64,000 nt of DNA. Origin: Eledone cirrhosa. Lineage: Eukaryota. Location: contig OZ024743.1 of NCBI GenBank assembly GCA_964016885.1, forward strand, positions 61,690,001 through 61,754,000, given 5' to 3'. The position numbers and the translations under genes are program-made. Numbering within the stretch: the stretch's first letter is position 1; the number at the start of each line of letters is the position of its first letter. Below, piece by piece: positions 60,252-64,000 of the stretch. The notes below the pieces were generated by a model. That model had not been told where the DNA came from. It saw nothing but the letters and a program-made list of their open reading frames with translations, and searched no databases.

Positions 60252-63200
60252 ATGACCTCACTCAGAATAGGCAGCATAAATGCGCGTGGCTTGGGGTCGT
60301 CATGGAAGCAGGGCCACCTGCTCAACGACCTCAGGTCACTAAACATAGATGTAGTGGCCATCAGCGAGACCAGAATCTCCGAAGCACAGGCTTTCGCACC
60401 GATCTTCGGCGGCTACGATGTGTACGCATCTCCCAGCCGTCCGGGATCGGGGGGAGGAGTTGCTGTGCTTTTTCGGAGAGGTTTGGATCTTGCCATACGG
60501 GCCATCTTCCTGGACCCAGAAGGTAAGTTGGTGGTGCTGGACGTGACCAGCGGAGACGGGCAAGCTTTCAGGTTAGTGGCCGTCTATGCCCCGACAGGAG
60601 CAGGGCGGCCTGATTTCTTCCGGCGTCTGGAGACCTTTCTTGGAACGTCCCGCTCTTTAGTGTTAGTGGGCGACTGGAACGGGATCTTAGATGCACGCTG
60701 GGATTGTGTGGGATTAGTGGATAGGGAAGGAGGGTGCAAGAGTCTCACCAACCTGCTCAGACGTTTTGAACTGTCTGACAGGTACCGAATGGATTTCCCG
60801 AATGTACCAATGTGGACTTGGACAAATCGCATAGGGTCATCCAGATCATATCTAGATAGAGCATTTTGTAGGGAAATAGATAGGTCTAGCATAGGCTGTC
60901 CACAATTCAAGATAGTCAGCTACACGGACCACAAATTCGTGATCTGTGTGCTTGACTTAGATAGGCTTCATAGACGAGGACCCGGCTACTGGAAGCTAAA
61001 CGCGTCCTTACCAGCGCGCAAGGCCTACAGAGACCGGATTAGCGAACTAGTTAAGCGGGCGTTGACGGGGGCCATCGTCAACAACAAGTGGTGGTTTGCT
61101 CTGAAAAGAGCAATTAGAATAGAGTCCATTAGGTTTAGTAAGACTTTAGCAATAGAGAAAAATAGAGCAGAGGGAGAATTAGTTAGAAAATTAGATGAGG
61201 CGCTTAGCAAAGGCATCGCGACCGACGTACTTGCGGCGAAATTGGCCCTTGACCAATTCTTCAATGCAAAGCACGAAGGCTGCGTTGTCAGAGCTAGGGT
61301 GCGTGCTCTCAGACACGAGGGGACGAAAGCCGTTCAATGGGCCCGAGTGGCGGAGGCGCGTCGTGGCAACAAAGCCACGATCCGGTCTTTGGTGGACCAC
61401 GACGGGCGCATGCTACTCGATCCCGGGCAAATGTGTGAAGCTTTTCAGCGACACTTCGCTCAACTGTTCGGGGGCAGTGGCGGGCCGGATCGAGGGATGG
61501 ACTTTAGTGTCTACCTCGACGGACTGCCGCGGCTTTCGGCCACTGAGGCGGAGTGTTGCGAAAAGCCGATAACAACCGCTGAAGTACGGGATGCAATGAC
61601 TAGTTGCACAAGGGATAAATCGCCTGGTTTGGATGGTCTGCCCTATGAACTTTACGTACAAATGCCAAACTTGTTCGGAGGCCTCTTGGCGGACGTCTAC
61701 TGCAACTGGCAACAGAACGGGAGAATTCCCAGCTCTGTGAGCCGAGGAGCGGTGGCGCTGCTGAGAAAGGATCCGAACAAGGGGGATAACATAGATAATT
61801 TTAGGCCCATAACTCTGCTAAACACTGAGTTCAAGATTTTGGCGAAGGTGCTAGCAAAGAGGTTGGCGCTTGTCGTTGGTGGTCTGGTGGGAGAGGCACA
61901 GACATGCGCCATTCCCGACAGATCCATCCACGACAACCTCCACCTCATGCGATACATCGTAGAGAGGGTAGCTAGGGAACCTGGCACGGGTGGGTCTTTG
62001 ATCAATTTAGATCAGTCGAAAGCCTTCGATAGGGTCGACCATCGTTACCTAGCGGCAGTCCTGAGGGCGGCTGGCTTTGGGCCCGTCTTCAGAGGCTGGA
62101 TCGCTGCCATGCACAGCGACATCTGCTCTGTAGTGAGAGTGAACGGTCACCTTTCGGAACCGTTCAACATCATGCGCTCAGTCCGCCAAGGATGTCCCCT
62201 CTCGTCCCTATTGTACGTATTGACTCTCGAGCCATTACTGCACAAACTGGAGACGTTGAGGGGGGTCCCGCGCGAACTAGGATGCGGAAGATCCGTGTCA
62301 GCATATGCCGACGATGTCACCGTAGTGGTGTCGAACGCCAAACACATCGAGGCGATCGGCACTACACTAAGAGAATACGAAGCGGTGACAGGAGCAATGA
62401 TCAACCAGGAAAAGTCAGTGGGCCTGCAGCTCGGCACCTGGAGAGGCAGGTCCATGCCGTCCAACAGCGTCGTCAGGCGCTGGACGGACGGACCGGTTAA
62501 ATTGCTAGGGGTCTGGTTCGGTCCAGACCTCCAGACGGACAAAAACTGGGACGAGGTGACGAGCAGGGTGGCTTCTCTCACCCAGAAATGGGCCGAGAGG
62601 AAGCTATCCCTGAAAGGTCGAGCGGAGGTGGCAAATGCGTACATCGCATCCGTCATCTACTACCGCCTGACCGTCGTACCTTGTCCTAAGCCCCGCCTGA
62701 CTGCGCTGGAGCGTTTGCTCTTTCGCTTCTTGTGGAAGGGACGCGCTCCGATGGTCAGGCGGTCCATCTGCTGTCAACACCCGCTACGTGGAGGGCTGGG
62801 CATGCCGTGGCTGATGATGCGCAGACACGCGCTCAGGCTACGACATCTCCACCTCTTCCTCGACGGTGATCAGGTGTGGTCGCCGTTTGCAAGACACGTT
62901 TTTCCCCAGCTCGTCTCCTTGACGGAGCTGCAGTCCTGGGTCAAGCGAAGACCGAGAGGGAGCGCTTTGGAGACTGGAATGTCTTCAGGCGCTCACAGCC
63001 CTCGACCAATCGGGCAATGTGATCGGTGGAAACTCCACCTTGGCGTTCTATAGGGGATTAGTGGAGGGGAAGAGCGACGACGTACTTGGAGAAACTCTAG
63101 GCGTCGACGAAAATCAACTAGCCAATCTCTTCGGAAGGACTTTCGGGCCGGGGCCTATGGACAACTTCCAGAAATCCCTGGCCTGGCAGTGCTACCGAGG

Positions 63201-63672
63201 AGCTTTGCCAGTTCGGGATAAACTCTACAGGCATGGAGGTGCCGTCAGCCGGGCATGTCCGAGATGCGCGCAGGGCGACGAAACCGTCCTGCACGCACTC
63301 GTCCAGTGTCCGAGCATTGCTGACTTGTGGGTTTATGTCGAACACCTGCTGTCACGTGTAGGACGGATCCAGCTATCAGCTGAGTCCATCGTGAGGATTG
63401 CCCCGCCCCCTTCCTTTAGCCTGGAAGGGCAGGCAGTTTTTATCTGTCTGGTGGCCATGGCGAAAGAGATAGTATGGTGGACACGTTTGAAAGGGCTGAA
63501 GACGAGCACTTACCTCTTCGGTGATGCCCTGATTAACTTTTTCAAATTTCATTTGAAAAGGAAAATCAGGGTAGAGAGGGAAGTGCTCTCTTCCCAGCAT
63601 TTCGTTGAAAGATGGGTGAGAGAAGCAAGTATGGCCCGAATGAATGGGCCTTCTCTGAGTATGTGTCTGTAA
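60252..63672 (+). CDS. ORF2: APE endonuclease, reverse transcriptase and zf-RVT, with one frameshift near 62966
   Basis: GSINARGL, AISET, GDWN, YLDR and TDH; SPGLDGLPYE, LDQSKAFDRVDH, VRQGCPLS and YADD; CPRC...H...C. One extra T (gctttgg versus gcttgg in copy 1). Confidence 0.92.
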
Positions 63673-63914
63673 ATTAAAGGTGTAAAACTGGGAGAGGGCA
63701 CTTGCCCTGGTGGTCAGGGCCACTGTGGTCTTTTAATGGGCTTTCTCCACAAATGTCCCTTGGAAGTCTCCCCCCTATTGGGGAATTTTTCTTTGTTATT
63801 TTATTTCAACCTCTGTTTTTTTACACGCAGAAATGCCCATTTGTACCGTCCTGTATTGTCCTGTACTGTCCTTAATGTCTACTTTATGTGAACCCTTGTG
63901 GTTAATAAAGAAAA

Positions 63915-63954
<40 letters not shown>

Positions 63955-64000
63955 GGCGACCTACGTAGGAAATCGTATTATCGTGAGCTCCACAAATGTT
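63955..64000 (+). mobile_element. 5' end of Tx1/L1 copy 3
   Basis: ggcgacctacgtaggaaatcgtattatcgtgagctcc matches the sequence from 58018 onward, with 2 mismatches in 46 nt. Confidence 0.9.

Larger units (their letters stand above)
58018..63915 (+). mobile_element. Tx1/L1-clade non-LTR retrotransposon, copy 2, near intact and full length
   Basis: 5' UTR, ORF1, ORF2, 3' UTR and AATAAA, then (ATT)13. Confidence 0.96.

Noticed and set aside
59942-60526. ORF overlapping the ORF2 start
   Set aside because: This is the ORF1 C-terminus read through a probably lost stop. Copy 1 has TAA at the equivalent position (~54280).
58747-62970. Programmed frameshifting in Tx1 copy 2
   Set aside because: The localised shifts sit in homopolymers and the ORF2 one is absent from copy 1. 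Mutation or sequencing error is more likely.

Overview
Eukaryotic, gene-poor, AT-rich repeat DNA. The dense (TA)n/(CA)n tracts and the SINE types suggest a cephalopod such as Octopus, which is an inference and not a database result. No host protein-coding exon can be supported, and most of the ORF track is microsatellite noise. There are two retroelement ecosystems. (1) 1-47 kb: (TA)n tracts filled with Penelope-like elements (PLEs), RTE/CR1 fragments and many short non-coding elements. One Hydra-type PLE is intact (776-aa RT+GIY-YIG ORF with pseudo-LTRs). At least ten distinct families carry type-I hammerhead ribozyme (HHR) motifs. Many insertions are head-to-head inversions whose inverted arm ends at an internal TATA-like site, and some appear to join two different elements. 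(2) 49-64 kb: a head-to-tail array of Tx1/L1-clade LINEs separated by (ATT)n, plus a tRNA-derived SINE that shares the LINE 3' signature CCTTGTG-N8-AGAAAN(C/A)ATT and re-uses the same ATTATT target. This is a candidate site-specific LINE/SINE pair whose tails regenerate its own target. All RNA folds and alignments were done by eye, and element boundaries are approximate.
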